In this document: positions 26,961 to 36,321 of the stretch, piece by piece
Layout: each line of letters starts with the position of its first letter
Numbering within the stretch: position 1 is the stretch's first letter
Assembly (NCBI GenBank): GCA_040394885.1
Contig: JBEBRK010000011.1
Span: forward strand, 9,549 to 73,548
Length of the DNA: 64,000 nt
Source: Gemmatimonas phototrophica
Lineage (GTDB): Bacteria > Gemmatimonadota > Gemmatimonadetes > Gemmatimonadales > Gemmatimonadaceae
Reading direction: 5' to 3'
The notes under the pieces: model-generated
Told to the model about the DNA's origin: nothing
Databases searched by the model: none
What the model saw: the letters and a program-made list of their open reading frames with translations, nothing else
Program-made: the position numbers and the translations under genes

Positions 26961-29567
26961 TTATCGTTTATAAGACAACAAGTTCACAAACAGACGTACC
27001 GCACCAGGCACACCAGCGGGGATCTGTCTGAAGAAGGCAATCGTTGTATATGTATATCTACCAGAGCCAAGTTTAGTGGTAATAATGCTGTTGGCATTCA
27101 ACCGTTCTCCTGAATCGTTCATACCAAGCACAACACTATAACGTTTATCAATAGTAGTAGGCATATACAGGGAACGCTCCTGAACCCAGCCGTCAAAATC
27201 GGTGATAGAGATTTTATTTGGTATAGCCAGCAGTGAAGCTGACGCACTATCGACATGAACAGCGGAATTCACACCTGGCCCAGAATCTCTCTGAGAATCT
27301 GACCCATCTGCCGACCTTGTTTCCACGCCGTTCAATCCAAACATTACTACAGGAGATACCTCTTCAGTCACTCGATCAGCAGGACGTGTAAGTGTAATCG
27401 GGTACGGCATCAAACCTCCCGATGCCATCTCATACTGACCATACTGAACAACGAGATTACCACCGGATTGAGCATACTGGAGTAGCTTTTTATTGTATGT
27501 CACAAGCTCGGGGTGTATCTGGTATGCTCTCGGCCCGATAACTATTGTGGAGAATCCGGAAAGATCAGCCGAATGCAAAGATGCGGGCGATATCTGCTCG
27601 ACATTTAGACCAAGCTGAGCAAGCGACGAAAATACATTATCTCCAACTCCCTGAACGTATCCTATTTTCAACCCCTCTGGAACCGAAACAGAAACACTAG
27701 AGATATTCACTACAGCATCCGAATAGACTCGTTGAGTTGGGATATGATCATATACTATCTCGGTAAATCCCTGCGTGTAGTCACGAACCCCGTCATTTAC
27801 AACAACACCAACCGTAAAACTGCCTTCGGGGAGTACTCCGGATATCTGAAACGCCACCCTTATAGTGCGTCCGTCGATAAATGTTATCGATTTACTAATA
27901 GAATCGCTCTTTATACCAGGTGGCAATACGAGACTCACCTTAGCCCTGGTCCGTGTCTGCGATGCACGTGAATCTTTACCGCCAGTAGCATCACCGTTGT
28001 CCGAACCTTCACCATCCTTACCGCGGAGAAGAGCATCGATCGAGTTGACGGAATTAACAGAACCAGCAGGGTCTACACCATCCACAAAGCTGCGGACACT
28101 AACTTCTATCACTCTCGTAAACTCGGCTCCAGCTCTGACTAATTCGGCAGGAGTTGCAACATTAACGGATATCGGCGGGACAACTGCAACCGTTTTACGC
28201 ACATCTCCAGCTACTGGATCGATAACCCGGTACTGAACCGGCGCACGGAGTACTATCTCCTGACTGACACCATCGAGCTTAACAGGGAGATAAAACCAGC
28301 TCTTCTTTTCGCGCTCATCATCACTTACACCCCAGGAAGCAAGCTGGAATCTTGATCCTGTTCTTGGTTGAGATAGCCAGTACGGCTGCGTAAGAGCTTC
28401 ACCTTTGTAATACGCAGTTCCACTGGCCGAAACATCAAGAACGCCGCGCCTATAAAGATTATAACGAACCTTTATACTGTCCCCGAGCGCGACAAATTCT
28501 TTATCTGCAAAAACTTCGAGAGCGAGATTTGCGTCTGCTACTTTTATTGCGATTGAAGAAGAGTCGTTTGTGATTGGAGGAGAGTTGCTTGCAGAAGAGT
28601 CGTTTACGACCGCAACAGAATCGTTTACGGATTTTGCCAGTCCATCGAAAATACTAGTTTCGCTCTTTGGATCCATTTCGCCATTTACCAGCGAAATTTC
28701 ACGCTTAACGTAATCGAGAATTTCTCCCTTATCCTGCGCTGCACCGAACCCCTGGGATTTGTGCTGACTACGGCTTATTGCTGCAATCTCAGCATATGAT
28801 CGCCCATAGATCTCGCTGTACTCACCAACGTTCATGGAGAGAGTTGCAGTCTCCCTGCGAAACCAGGCAGCACGGTAGAACTTCTGAGTCTGCCACGGCT
28901 GTCCAAACTTTTCAACTGGAAACAACCGGGTGTCAGCAGCGGCATCAAATGCTTCACGGCTTAAAATTCCTGCCGCCTGATGATGTCCATGTCCGTCGCG
29001 ATCGGTACCAGAGAAGATAGAAACTATAATATCCGGTTTGAATGCGCGTATTACCTGAACGACGTCTCCAAGAATAGAATCCTTCGACCACTGACGAAAT
29101 GTTTCTTCGGATGTTTTTGAGAAACCAAAGTCGAAAGCTCTACTAAAATACTGATGCGCACCATCTATTCTCCGGGCAGCAAGCAACTCCTGCGAGCGCA
29201 CCACACCTAACTTTTCGCCCAGCTCATTACCTATAAGATTCTGACCACCATCTCCACGTGTCAGAGACAGATACGCAACGTTGGCTTTGTGCCCACGGGC
29301 AAGCCATGATATAAGACGAGTATCTTCATCATCGGGGTGCGCCGCTATAACCAGAACCCGTGCGCTTACGCCGGCTGAAGCTTTTGCAGATGCAACACCA
29401 ACGATTCCAAGAATACCAGATATGTTAGGCGCATCAAATACTGGTGCAGACTGACTGTTTGCACTTTTACCAGTCGTTTTTTTCGTTTCAGCAGCCCTGC
29501 CGCTCTTCTGTGCTCCTGCTGATGAAAAAACTAATGCGAGCGACATTAGTGATAATGCCGCTCGCAT
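26961..29567 (-). CDS. Large secreted PIG-L/LmbE-family deacetylase domain protein
   Basis: Contains VLVIAAHPDDEDTRLISWL and HGHHQA motifs, followed by long beta-rich and ThuA/GATase1-like C-terminal regions. The ATG at 29567 yields a signal peptide, MRAALSLMSLALVFSSAGAQ, and removes the overlap with sucA. Confidence 0.75.
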   Translation of the reverse strand: MRAALSLMSLALVFSSAGAQKSGRAAETKKTTGKSANSQSAPVFDAPNISGILGIVGVASAKASAGVSARVLVIAAHPDDEDTRLISWLARGHKANVAYLSLTRGDGGQNLIGNELGEKLGVVRSQELLAARRIDGAHQYFSRAFDFGFSKTSEETFRQWSKDSILGDVVQVIRAFKPDIIVSIFSGTDRDGHGHHQAAGILSREAFDAAADTRLFPVEKFGQPWQTQKFYRAAWFRRETATLSMNVGEYSEIYGRSYAEIAAISRSQHKSQGFGAAQDKGEILDYVKREISLVNGEMDPKSETSIFDGLAKSVNDSVAVVNDSSASNSPPITNDSSSIAIKVADANLALEVFADKEFVALGDSIKVRYNLYRRGVLDVSASGTAYYKGEALTQPYWLSQPRTGSRFQLASWGVSDDEREKKSWFYLPVKLDGVSQEIVLRAPVQYRVIDPVAGDVRKTVAVVPPISVNVATPAELVRAGAEFTRVIEVSVRSFVDGVDPAGSVNSVNSIDALLRGKDGEGSDNGDATGGKDSRASQTRTRAKVSLVLPPGIKSDSISKSITFIDGRTIRVAFQISGVLPEGSFTVGVVVNDGVRDYTQGFTEIVYDHIPTQRVYSDAVVNISSVSVSVPEGLKIGYVQGVGDNVFSSLAQLGLNVEQISPASLHSADLSGFSTIVIGPRAYQIHPELVTYNKKLLQYAQSGGNLVVQYGQYEMASGGLMPYPITLTRPADRVTEEVSPVVMFGLNGVETRSADGSDSQRDSGPGVNSAVHVDSASASLLAIPNKISITDFDGWVQERSLYMPTTIDKRYSVVLGMNDSGERLNANSIITTKLGSGRYTYTTIAFFRQIPAGVPGAVRLFVNLLSYKR

Positions 29568-29577
29568 CTTTATACTA

Positions 29578-32355
29578 CTACTTAACACCAGTCTTTGTGC
29601 GCTTTGCAGCCGAACCAGTACCGGCAGCAGTCCCACTAAGCGTAAAAACCTCGGAGATAATCCTGGACTGTTCTCTGTTGTGGTCAGCAACATACCCCTC
29701 TGAAGGACTCGCCCGATTTGGACGGCCTATGTAGTTGAGAGTTGCATCCTTTCCAACAAGCTCAGCAAGGAGGTGGCTCACGTAGAACCAGGAACCCATA
29801 TTCTTAGGCTCTTCCTGCGCCCATACATATTCTTCAACTGCAGAATATGCAGCAACAACCTTTTCGAGTTCCTTCTTTGGCCATGGATATAGCTCTTCAA
29901 CTCTGATCAGAGCAACATCTTCAGTGCGCTGTGCAAGCAGATCGTAGTAGATCTTACCAGTACAGAACACCAATCTCCGAACTTTAGCCTTTGACTTCGC
30001 ATTCATGGTTGGATCGTCCAGCACAGGTTGGAACTTGCTGTCTGTCAGATCTCCCAACCTGGAAGCAGCTTCAGGAAGACGGAGCATACTCTTTGGCTGC
30101 ATGAGGACCAATGGCCTGCGAGGATCAACCGCTGCCTGTCTCCTCAGTATATGAAAGTACTGTGCAGGTGTAGTTGGATATGCAACACGCATATTGTTCT
30201 CTGCGCAAAGCTGCAGATATCTCTCCAGGCGAGCGCTTGAATGCTCTGGTCCGCCACCTTCATAGCCGTGCGGTAGAAGCATGACAACGCCTGAATCCTG
30301 CGACCACTTAGCACGGTCAGAAGAGATAAACTGATCGACAATTGGTTGCGCTACGTTAGCAAAGTCACCGTACTGAGCTTCCCACAGCACCAAAGTATCA
30401 CGAGCCTCAACGCTGTAACCGTACTCATAGGCCAATACAGCCATCTCCGACAACGGAGAGTTGTATACATCGAATCTGGCCTTTAGAGGGTTACCGTTCA
30501 CAACAAGTTGCTTGTGTGGTATGTAGACCTCGCCACTCTGCGAGTTGTGCAACACGGCCTGACGATGCGAGAATGTTCCACGCTCCACGTCCTGTCCAGT
30601 CAAACGGATAGATACACCGTCTGCAAGCATAGAAGCAAAAGCAAGCGACTCTGCATGTCCCCAATCAATTCCACCGGCATCACCCATTGCGTCTTTACGA
30701 CGCGCGAGTGTACGGGCCAGTCTTGAGTTTACATTCAACCCTTCAGGCCACTTAAGAAGCTGATCGTTATAATCGATCAGTTTTTCTGCCGCGACTGCAG
30801 TGTTATGAGCTGCACTATCGGACTGCGGAGAAGGAGCTGGCAAGCCATTAGCCTTACCTTTTTTCTTCCCTTCGCTACCATCGCGCGGACCTGCGAGATC
30901 CACTTCGAGAAGTGCAACAAAATCAGTCACAAGCTTTTCTGCTTCGGATGATGACAGCACACCTTCAGAAGCCAGCTTACCTGCCCAGACTTCACGCGGA
31001 GTCTTGTGTGACTTGATCTTTGTGTAAAGCTCTGGCTGTGTAAACATAGGCTCATCAGTCTCGTTGTGCCCATGCCTGCGATAACTCACCAGGTCTATAA
31101 GAATGTCTTTCTTGAACTTGAAGCGATACGCAACTGCGAGCCTGATAGCCTGAATGCAAGCCTCTGGATTATCTCCATTCACACGCAATACAGGGATATC
31201 GAAACCCTTTGCAAGGTCACTCGAATAACGAGTTGAACGGCTATCACTTGGATCTGTTGTGAAGCCGATCTGATTGTTTACAATGATGTGAATTGTACCA
31301 CCATTCCTGAATCCTTTGAGCAATGAAAGATTCAAAGTTTCAGGAACTATGCCTTCACCAGAGAATGCTGCGTCACCATGTATACAGACTGGGACAACTG
31401 CAGTCTCAGACATTCCACCATCTTCTGTGCGCTGCTTGGCACGTACAACCCCACCCAACACAGGGTTAACGAACTCAAGGTGACTTGGGTTTGGAACAAG
31501 TGTAAGACTGATAGTATTGCCATCAATCTCGCGATGGTTCACATATCCAAGGTGATACTTAACGTCACCGGTCGAATCAACATCCGGTTCTGCTGGCTGC
31601 TTACCTTCAAACTCATTGAAGATGGAAGCATATGGCTGGCCCATAGTATGAGTCAGAACGTTAATTCTGCCACGGTGTGCCATAGCTATCCCGAGATCAC
31701 GTGCACCAGCACGTGATGACTCTGCAATACATTCATCCAGCATAGGGATTAATGCGTCACTTCCTTCTATGGAGAAACGCTTATATCCCTGATACACACG
31801 CCCCAGGAAACGCTCAAAGGTATCAACCTGAGTGAGGCGCTTTAATATCTCAATACGTTCTTCATTCGATAGTGGCTTATGATATTTACCACTATCGATA
31901 GACTCTCTGAACCACTCGCGTTCCGCACCTGTACCAATGTGCTCAAACTCAAAGCCAATGGTGGAGCAGTAGAGCCCGCGCAGGCGGGTAACCGCTTCCA
32001 AAACAGTGTTATCGGCGGTACCAAGAGCGGAACCTGGCAGCGACCGGAGATCGTCCTCGGTCAGGCCATGGTACTCAAGGGTTAGCTCTGGAGCACCAGG
32101 TGGTACGGTTCCCAGAGGATCTACTGCTACGCTACTATGTCCATATGCCCTGATAGAATTGAGCAACGAAGCTGCGTGAGCAACAATTTGTAGTTTGTCG
32201 GCATCGATGCCGGAGGAGCCGCCACCAAGGCGCTCAGCGAACTGGAAGAACTGGCGCCAGGATTCATCAACCGACGCTGGGTCCTTTCGGAAAGCGTCAT
32301 ACACTTCGGCTATATAGCCGTCGTTAAAAACGCTCGTAATCGTGTGGGTTTTCAT
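29578..32355 (-). CDS. sucA: 2-oxoglutarate dehydrogenase E1 component
   Basis: The 925-aa product is E1o-like over its full length. Typical stretches include RFSIEGSDALIP, GDVKYHLG, HGDAAFSGEG and LLPHGYEGGGPEHSSARLERYLQL. Confidence 0.92.
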   Translation of the reverse strand: MKTHTITSVFNDGYIAEVYDAFRKDPASVDESWRQFFQFAERLGGGSSGIDADKLQIVAHAASLLNSIRAYGHSSVAVDPLGTVPPGAPELTLEYHGLTEDDLRSLPGSALGTADNTVLEAVTRLRGLYCSTIGFEFEHIGTGAEREWFRESIDSGKYHKPLSNEERIEILKRLTQVDTFERFLGRVYQGYKRFSIEGSDALIPMLDECIAESSRAGARDLGIAMAHRGRINVLTHTMGQPYASIFNEFEGKQPAEPDVDSTGDVKYHLGYVNHREIDGNTISLTLVPNPSHLEFVNPVLGGVVRAKQRTEDGGMSETAVVPVCIHGDAAFSGEGIVPETLNLSLLKGFRNGGTIHIIVNNQIGFTTDPSDSRSTRYSSDLAKGFDIPVLRVNGDNPEACIQAIRLAVAYRFKFKKDILIDLVSYRRHGHNETDEPMFTQPELYTKIKSHKTPREVWAGKLASEGVLSSSEAEKLVTDFVALLEVDLAGPRDGSEGKKKGKANGLPAPSPQSDSAAHNTAVAAEKLIDYNDQLLKWPEGLNVNSRLARTLARRKDAMGDAGGIDWGHAESLAFASMLADGVSIRLTGQDVERGTFSHRQAVLHNSQSGEVYIPHKQLVVNGNPLKARFDVYNSPLSEMAVLAYEYGYSVEARDTLVLWEAQYGDFANVAQPIVDQFISSDRAKWSQDSGVVMLLPHGYEGGGPEHSSARLERYLQLCAENNMRVAYPTTPAQYFHILRRQAAVDPRRPLVLMQPKSMLRLPEAASRLGDLTDSKFQPVLDDPTMNAKSKAKVRRLVFCTGKIYYDLLAQRTEDVALIRVEELYPWPKKELEKVVAAYSAVEEYVWAQEEPKNMGSWFYVSHLLAELVGKDATLNYIGRPNRASPSEGYVADHNREQSRIISEVFTLSGTAAGTGSAAKRTKTGVK

Positions 32356-32378
32356 TGCCCATGGAATTTAACATCTTA

Positions 32379-33155
32379 CTATGAAAGTAGGGGAGAAAAA
32401 GCGGCCGGAACGGTGAATGTGAATTTGCTTCCAAAACCCGGTTCAGACTCTACAGAAATATTGCCGTCTACCAGCAGTGCCAGCTGTTTAGCCAGGTACA
32501 GTCCCAATCCAATTCCCCCATGCTGACGCGTCAGACCAGTATCCAATTGGACAAAGGCTTCAAAGATCTTCCCGTGATTTTCCGAAGGGATTCCAATTCC
32601 ATTATCCACTATTGTAAACACGACATATTCACCGTCTTTGTGGGCCCGCAAAACCGTCTCTTTCGAGTGTATTTCGTTCGCCGAAAACTTAATTGCATTT
32701 TCCAGGAGATAGACCAAAATCTGACGTACTTTATCACGATCAATCGACATCACCGTCATCGGATCTTCAATCTGGCCTTCCAGACTCACACCCGCCTTCC
32801 TTGCATTCGGCTCCACCACCAGAAGCGCATCGGAGACAACCTCTGAAACCAGGTACTCCGGCCCAATCCGAACCCGCTCCTTTTCAGCCTGAAGATTCGC
32901 ATATGTAAGCAGGGATTCTATCAGGTTGCTCATTTTCTGAGCTACAACCCGCATCCTTTCTACTGTTTCCGACTGACCCGAATTCAGCTCACCGTACACC
33001 CCATCCAACAAAAGCTCCCCATAACCAGTAAGAGTGGTTAGCGGAGTTCGCAGCTCATGGGAGACGTTTGAAAGGAAGTCGTGATCGCAGCCATCACACT
33101 CTTTCCCTATCCTAACGCAGCTGCATCCAGTTTTTTGGGGGGATGAATTAAACAA
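32379..33155 (-). CDS. Soluble sensor histidine kinase core (HisKA + HATPase) with short Cys-rich N-terminus
   Basis: H-box SHELRTPL, N-box LLENAIKF, G1 DNGIGI and G2 GGIGLGL. It has no TM segment. The TTG start is uncertain. Confidence 0.75.
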   Translation of the reverse strand: MFNSSPQKTGCSCVRIGKECDGCDHDFLSNVSHELRTPLTTLTGYGELLLDGVYGELNSGQSETVERMRVVAQKMSNLIESLLTYANLQAEKERVRIGPEYLVSEVVSDALLVVEPNARKAGVSLEGQIEDPMTVMSIDRDKVRQILVYLLENAIKFSANEIHSKETVLRAHKDGEYVVFTIVDNGIGIPSENHGKIFEAFVQLDTGLTRQHGGIGLGLYLAKQLALLVDGNISVESEPGFGSKFTFTVPAAFSPLLS

Positions 33156-33165
33156 ACAATTTTCC

Positions 33166-33185
33166 TTAGGTGGTTAGCTACCTAA
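33166..33185. promoter_or_regulatory. 20-bp near-perfect palindrome resembling a DtxR/IdeR-type operator
   Basis: The sequence is TTAGGTGGTTAGCTACCTAA, with 8 of 10 positions self-complementary. It lies 10 nt upstream of the kinase ORF. Confidence 0.3.
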
Positions 33186-33258
33186 CCGTAAAATCTAGCA
33201 CCTTCAGTCCCAAAATGGCTGAACAAGTCGCAAGAAATGTCTATTTCTTCCCAAAAAC

Positions 33259-34401
33259 CTAACTGCTTTGTACAAACTGAACCGGAATACCACCGTTACT
33301 GAGCGTCAGTCGAGTTTTGAACTTAAGCCCCAACTGACGATCCAGCCCGCGATCTGGACTCAATAACCCGACTGTTGCAGCCGGATAACACTCACGGACA
33401 ACCTTGCCCATCTGAGCATACAGATTACGTACAGTAGAATCCCCAATACGGGCACCATAAGGAGGATTACTGACTATCCAGCAACGTTCCGAGATCGGCT
33501 CAACATTGGAAATTGCACCAATCGCAAAATCGACATCCCCTTCAATACCAGCCCGTTTTGCATTTGACACAGCAGCCTCAATAGCGCCAGCATCACGATC
33601 CGAACCTCTCACTATAACGCCACTTAGAGGTACTTCGCCTGATAAGGCATCATCAAGACACCTTTTCCACAAGCCAGAATCAAACCCAGGCCAGCTTTGA
33701 AAACCAAATGCTCGACTTCTTCCCGGAGCCATTTTGCGGGCGATCATTACCGCTTCTATAGGAATGGTACCAGAACCACACATTGGGTCTATAAATGGGC
33801 CCCGCATGTCCCAGCCGCTGGCCAGGACCATTGCTGCAGCTATAGTCTCGCGCAACGGCGCCTTGGCAATCTCCTTTCTGTATCCGCGACGATGAAGCAA
33901 CTCTCCGGAGCTATCCAGACTTATGACCACCTGATCTCTCTCGATTCTCACCAGAACTATCTGCGCATCGCTCGGGGCCGTTTCGTCGTCTATATCCTTT
34001 ATCACACTCGAAGTACCAGGACCCGCTATGCCATGAATCACCCTGGCAAACCTCTCTGCCACAGCATCACTGTGATAAAGACGGGATTTTTTACAGGTGA
34101 CCTTAAAACGCAGCTCTCGGCCCCTACCTATATAATGAGCCCAATCCACCTTCTTCGCCTTGCGTTCGAGTTCCGCAAAGTTACTCGCGTAAAACTGACC
34201 GATTCTGATTACAACGCGGCTGGCCGTCCTGGACCAGAGATTGGCCATGTAAACACTTCGCAGCGTTCCTTCCCACTCCACCCCGCCACGAACTAGCTTT
34301 ACATCTCCTACCTCCAGCCTCTCCAGCTCTTTTAAAGTGAGCTGTTCAAGGCCGGGAGCAGAAATTGCAAAGCATGATAACTTTTCGGTGGGCAGGTTCA
34401 T
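33259..34401 (-). CDS. THUMP domain-containing class I SAM-dependent RNA methyltransferase (COG0116, RlmL/YpsC-like)
   Basis: THUMP-like N-terminal half, SAM motif DPMCGSGTIPIEA and catalytic NPPYG. Confidence 0.85.
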   Translation of the reverse strand: MNLPTEKLSCFAISAPGLEQLTLKELERLEVGDVKLVRGGVEWEGTLRSVYMANLWSRTASRVVIRIGQFYASNFAELERKAKKVDWAHYIGRGRELRFKVTCKKSRLYHSDAVAERFARVIHGIAGPGTSSVIKDIDDETAPSDAQIVLVRIERDQVVISLDSSGELLHRRGYRKEIAKAPLRETIAAAMVLASGWDMRGPFIDPMCGSGTIPIEAVMIARKMAPGRSRAFGFQSWPGFDSGLWKRCLDDALSGEVPLSGVIVRGSDRDAGAIEAAVSNAKRAGIEGDVDFAIGAISNVEPISERCWIVSNPPYGARIGDSTVRNLYAQMGKVVRECYPAATVGLLSPDRGLDRQLGLKFKTRLTLSNGGIPVQFVQSS

Positions 34402-34557
34402 TTATATGATCTTAACAAGAGGTGGTTCTTGGACAAATATACACGACCGTACCATGGGCATCCCGATCCCTAGTATTAGCCCCACACGAACGTTAGAATT
34501 CGACAGCGATTACCACCTCTTACTACCGTCCGTGCAAGACATAAGGGCGCGGAATTA

Positions 34558-36303
34558 ATGAAAGCAAATTCTTTTAAAGTTTACGGACAGTTATTAAAAA
34601 ACGCTCGAGGCACTGTCATTTTTATGACTGTGTCAGGCGTCATAGCGGGGCTTTGCAGTGCCGGTATTCTGGCACTTGTAAACCAGGCTTTAAATAAAGA
34701 CCATCACATAACCACACTGCTAATCAGCGGGTTCATTGCGTTGGCAGTAGCTAAAATCGTTTCAAACGCTGCGTCCCAGCTGTTGCTGGTAAAATTCTCG
34801 CAGACTACGATTCTCAACCTTTCGATCAGCCTTTGTGGTCGCGTACTCAATGCACCACTACGTGTAATTGAAAGGCATGGTGGCGCCAACATCATGACCA
34901 CCCTTACAGACGACGTCGGAGCAGTGACATGGGCTGTACAGGTCATGCCGCAGCTGGCGATGAACGCTTCTATAGTAATAGGTTGCAGCCTTTACATAGC
35001 CTGGCTGTCAAAGACCATGTTCCTCGGCGCTATGATCGTCGGCTTGCTGGGCGTTGGAGTCTACAAGCTCCTGCATACGAGAGCGGTAGCGCGTATTCAG
35101 GCAGCACGTGATGCAAGAGAGCGCCTGTTCGAGCACTTCAGAACACTGACCGGCGGCATCAAGGAGTTGATGCTCCACAAGGATCGCAGAGATTCGTTCC
35201 TCAATCAGGAGATCAACCGCGCAGCTCAGGAATACCGCTCCAACAATATTGTAGCTACAAAAAACTACGCAATTGCCGAGGGATGGGTACAAACGCTTTA
35301 TCATGCCCTTATGGCATTAGTGCTCTTCGTATCTCCCATATTATTAGAGGCGAGCCCGGAAGCATTAACAGGTTATATGTTTGCGATGTTGTACATGATG
35401 ACTCCGCTCTGGAACATCATAGGGTCCTTACCGCCGATTGCACAGGGAAAGGTCGCGCTCGAGAGGATTGACAAGCTAAACAAATCCATCGAACAGCACT
35501 CAGTAGCTCACTATAACGAGCTCACCGATGGAAAGTCCTCTTCCACAGAAGTCTCCGAAAGACAACTACCAAAGGCCTCCCACATTGAGATGAAAGACAT
35601 TGCGTTTACGTACGCATCTAAATCTCAGATAAAAGATGGTGATCATCCATTTGCACTTGGCCCTCTTGATTTCAGCCTGGCTCCTGGCGAGCTGGTGTTC
35701 GTTATCGGCGGAAATGGAAGTGGAAAGAGTACCTTCGTTAAAGTTTTAACCGGCCTGTACGCACCATCGAGCGGAAGTCTCAAGATCGACGGCAAAGAAG
35801 TCACAGAGTTTTCACGGGAATTGTACAGAGAGAACTTTTCGGTTGTTTTCGCTGAAGTATTTGTATTCGACAAGCTCCTCGGATTGAATTCACCCGACCT
35901 TGAAACGAACGCATTAAAGTATCTGAAGCTGCTTCAGATCGATCACAAGGTATCGATCAGATCAGGCGCGCACGGTCTTGAGTTTACAACAACTCAGCTT
36001 TCAACAGGACAGCGTAAAAGATTGGCACTGGTTACAGCGTATTTAGAAGACAGGCCAATTTATGTTTTCGATGAATGGGCAGCGGATCAGGATCCAGAGT
36101 ACAAGAAGATATTTTATTCGAAGCTCCTTCCGGACCTTCGTAACAGAGGAAAGGCGGTTGTAGTTATAACTCACGACGATCGCTACTTCTCAATGGGTGA
36201 TAGGGTCGTGAAATTGGATGATGGTAAAGTTGTAGATTGGGTTCCAACACCTGACTCTGAATTAGAAGTCCCTATCAAGCTTCCCAATCCACATCACGTC
36301 TAA
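34558..36303 (+). CDS. Cyclic-peptide-type export ABC transporter (SyrD/PvdE/YojI family, fused TMD-NBD)
   Basis: Six predicted TM helices are followed by Walker A GGNGSGKST, signature LSTGQRKRLAL and the family-typical Walker B region YVFDEWAADQDP. Confidence 0.85.
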   Translation: MKANSFKVYGQLLKNARGTVIFMTVSGVIAGLCSAGILALVNQALNKDHHITTLLISGFIALAVAKIVSNAASQLLLVKFSQTTILNLSISLCGRVLNAPLRVIERHGGANIMTTLTDDVGAVTWAVQVMPQLAMNASIVIGCSLYIAWLSKTMFLGAMIVGLLGVGVYKLLHTRAVARIQAARDARERLFEHFRTLTGGIKELMLHKDRRDSFLNQEINRAAQEYRSNNIVATKNYAIAEGWVQTLYHALMALVLFVSPILLEASPEALTGYMFAMLYMMTPLWNIIGSLPPIAQGKVALERIDKLNKSIEQHSVAHYNELTDGKSSSTEVSERQLPKASHIEMKDIAFTYASKSQIKDGDHPFALGPLDFSLAPGELVFVIGGNGSGKSTFVKVLTGLYAPSSGSLKIDGKEVTEFSRELYRENFSVVFAEVFVFDKLLGLNSPDLETNALKYLKLLQIDHKVSIRSGAHGLEFTTTQLSTGQRKRLALVTAYLEDRPIYVFDEWAADQDPEYKKIFYSKLLPDLRNRGKAVVVITHDDRYFSMGDRVVKLDDGKVVDWVPTPDSELEVPIKLPNPHHV

Positions 36304-36321
36304 GCTACGGGGTAGAACTCC

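Noticed and set aside
29568-29693. An upstream extension of the PIG-L protein ORF overlaps the sucA 3' end by 116 nt.
   Set aside because: The internal ATG at 29567 yields a typical signal peptide and removes the overlap. The extension looks like non-coding open frame.
33697-34296. Long antisense ORFs lie inside real genes. Examples are the 199-aa ORF opposite the THUMP methyltransferase, the 183-aa ORF at 44337-44888 opposite NRPS-2, the 149-aa ORF at 21808-22257 opposite the Lys/Ala-rich gene, and the 124-aa ORF at 41125-41499.
   Set aside because: I recognised no motifs in them. Their composition mirrors the sense-strand gene and they lie fully within strongly supported CDSs. These are typical shadow ORFs.
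34402-34557. A 9-nt inverted repeat, AAGAGGTGG (34417-34425) and CCACCTCTT (34513-34521), lies in the region upstream of the biosynthetic exporter gene. It was considered as a leader structure or operator pair.
   Set aside because: The arms are 87 nt apart with no supporting secondary helices or terminator that I can see. The chance expectation for one such 9-mer pair in about 150 nt is not negligible, at a few percent. It is worth only a glance in comparative alignments.
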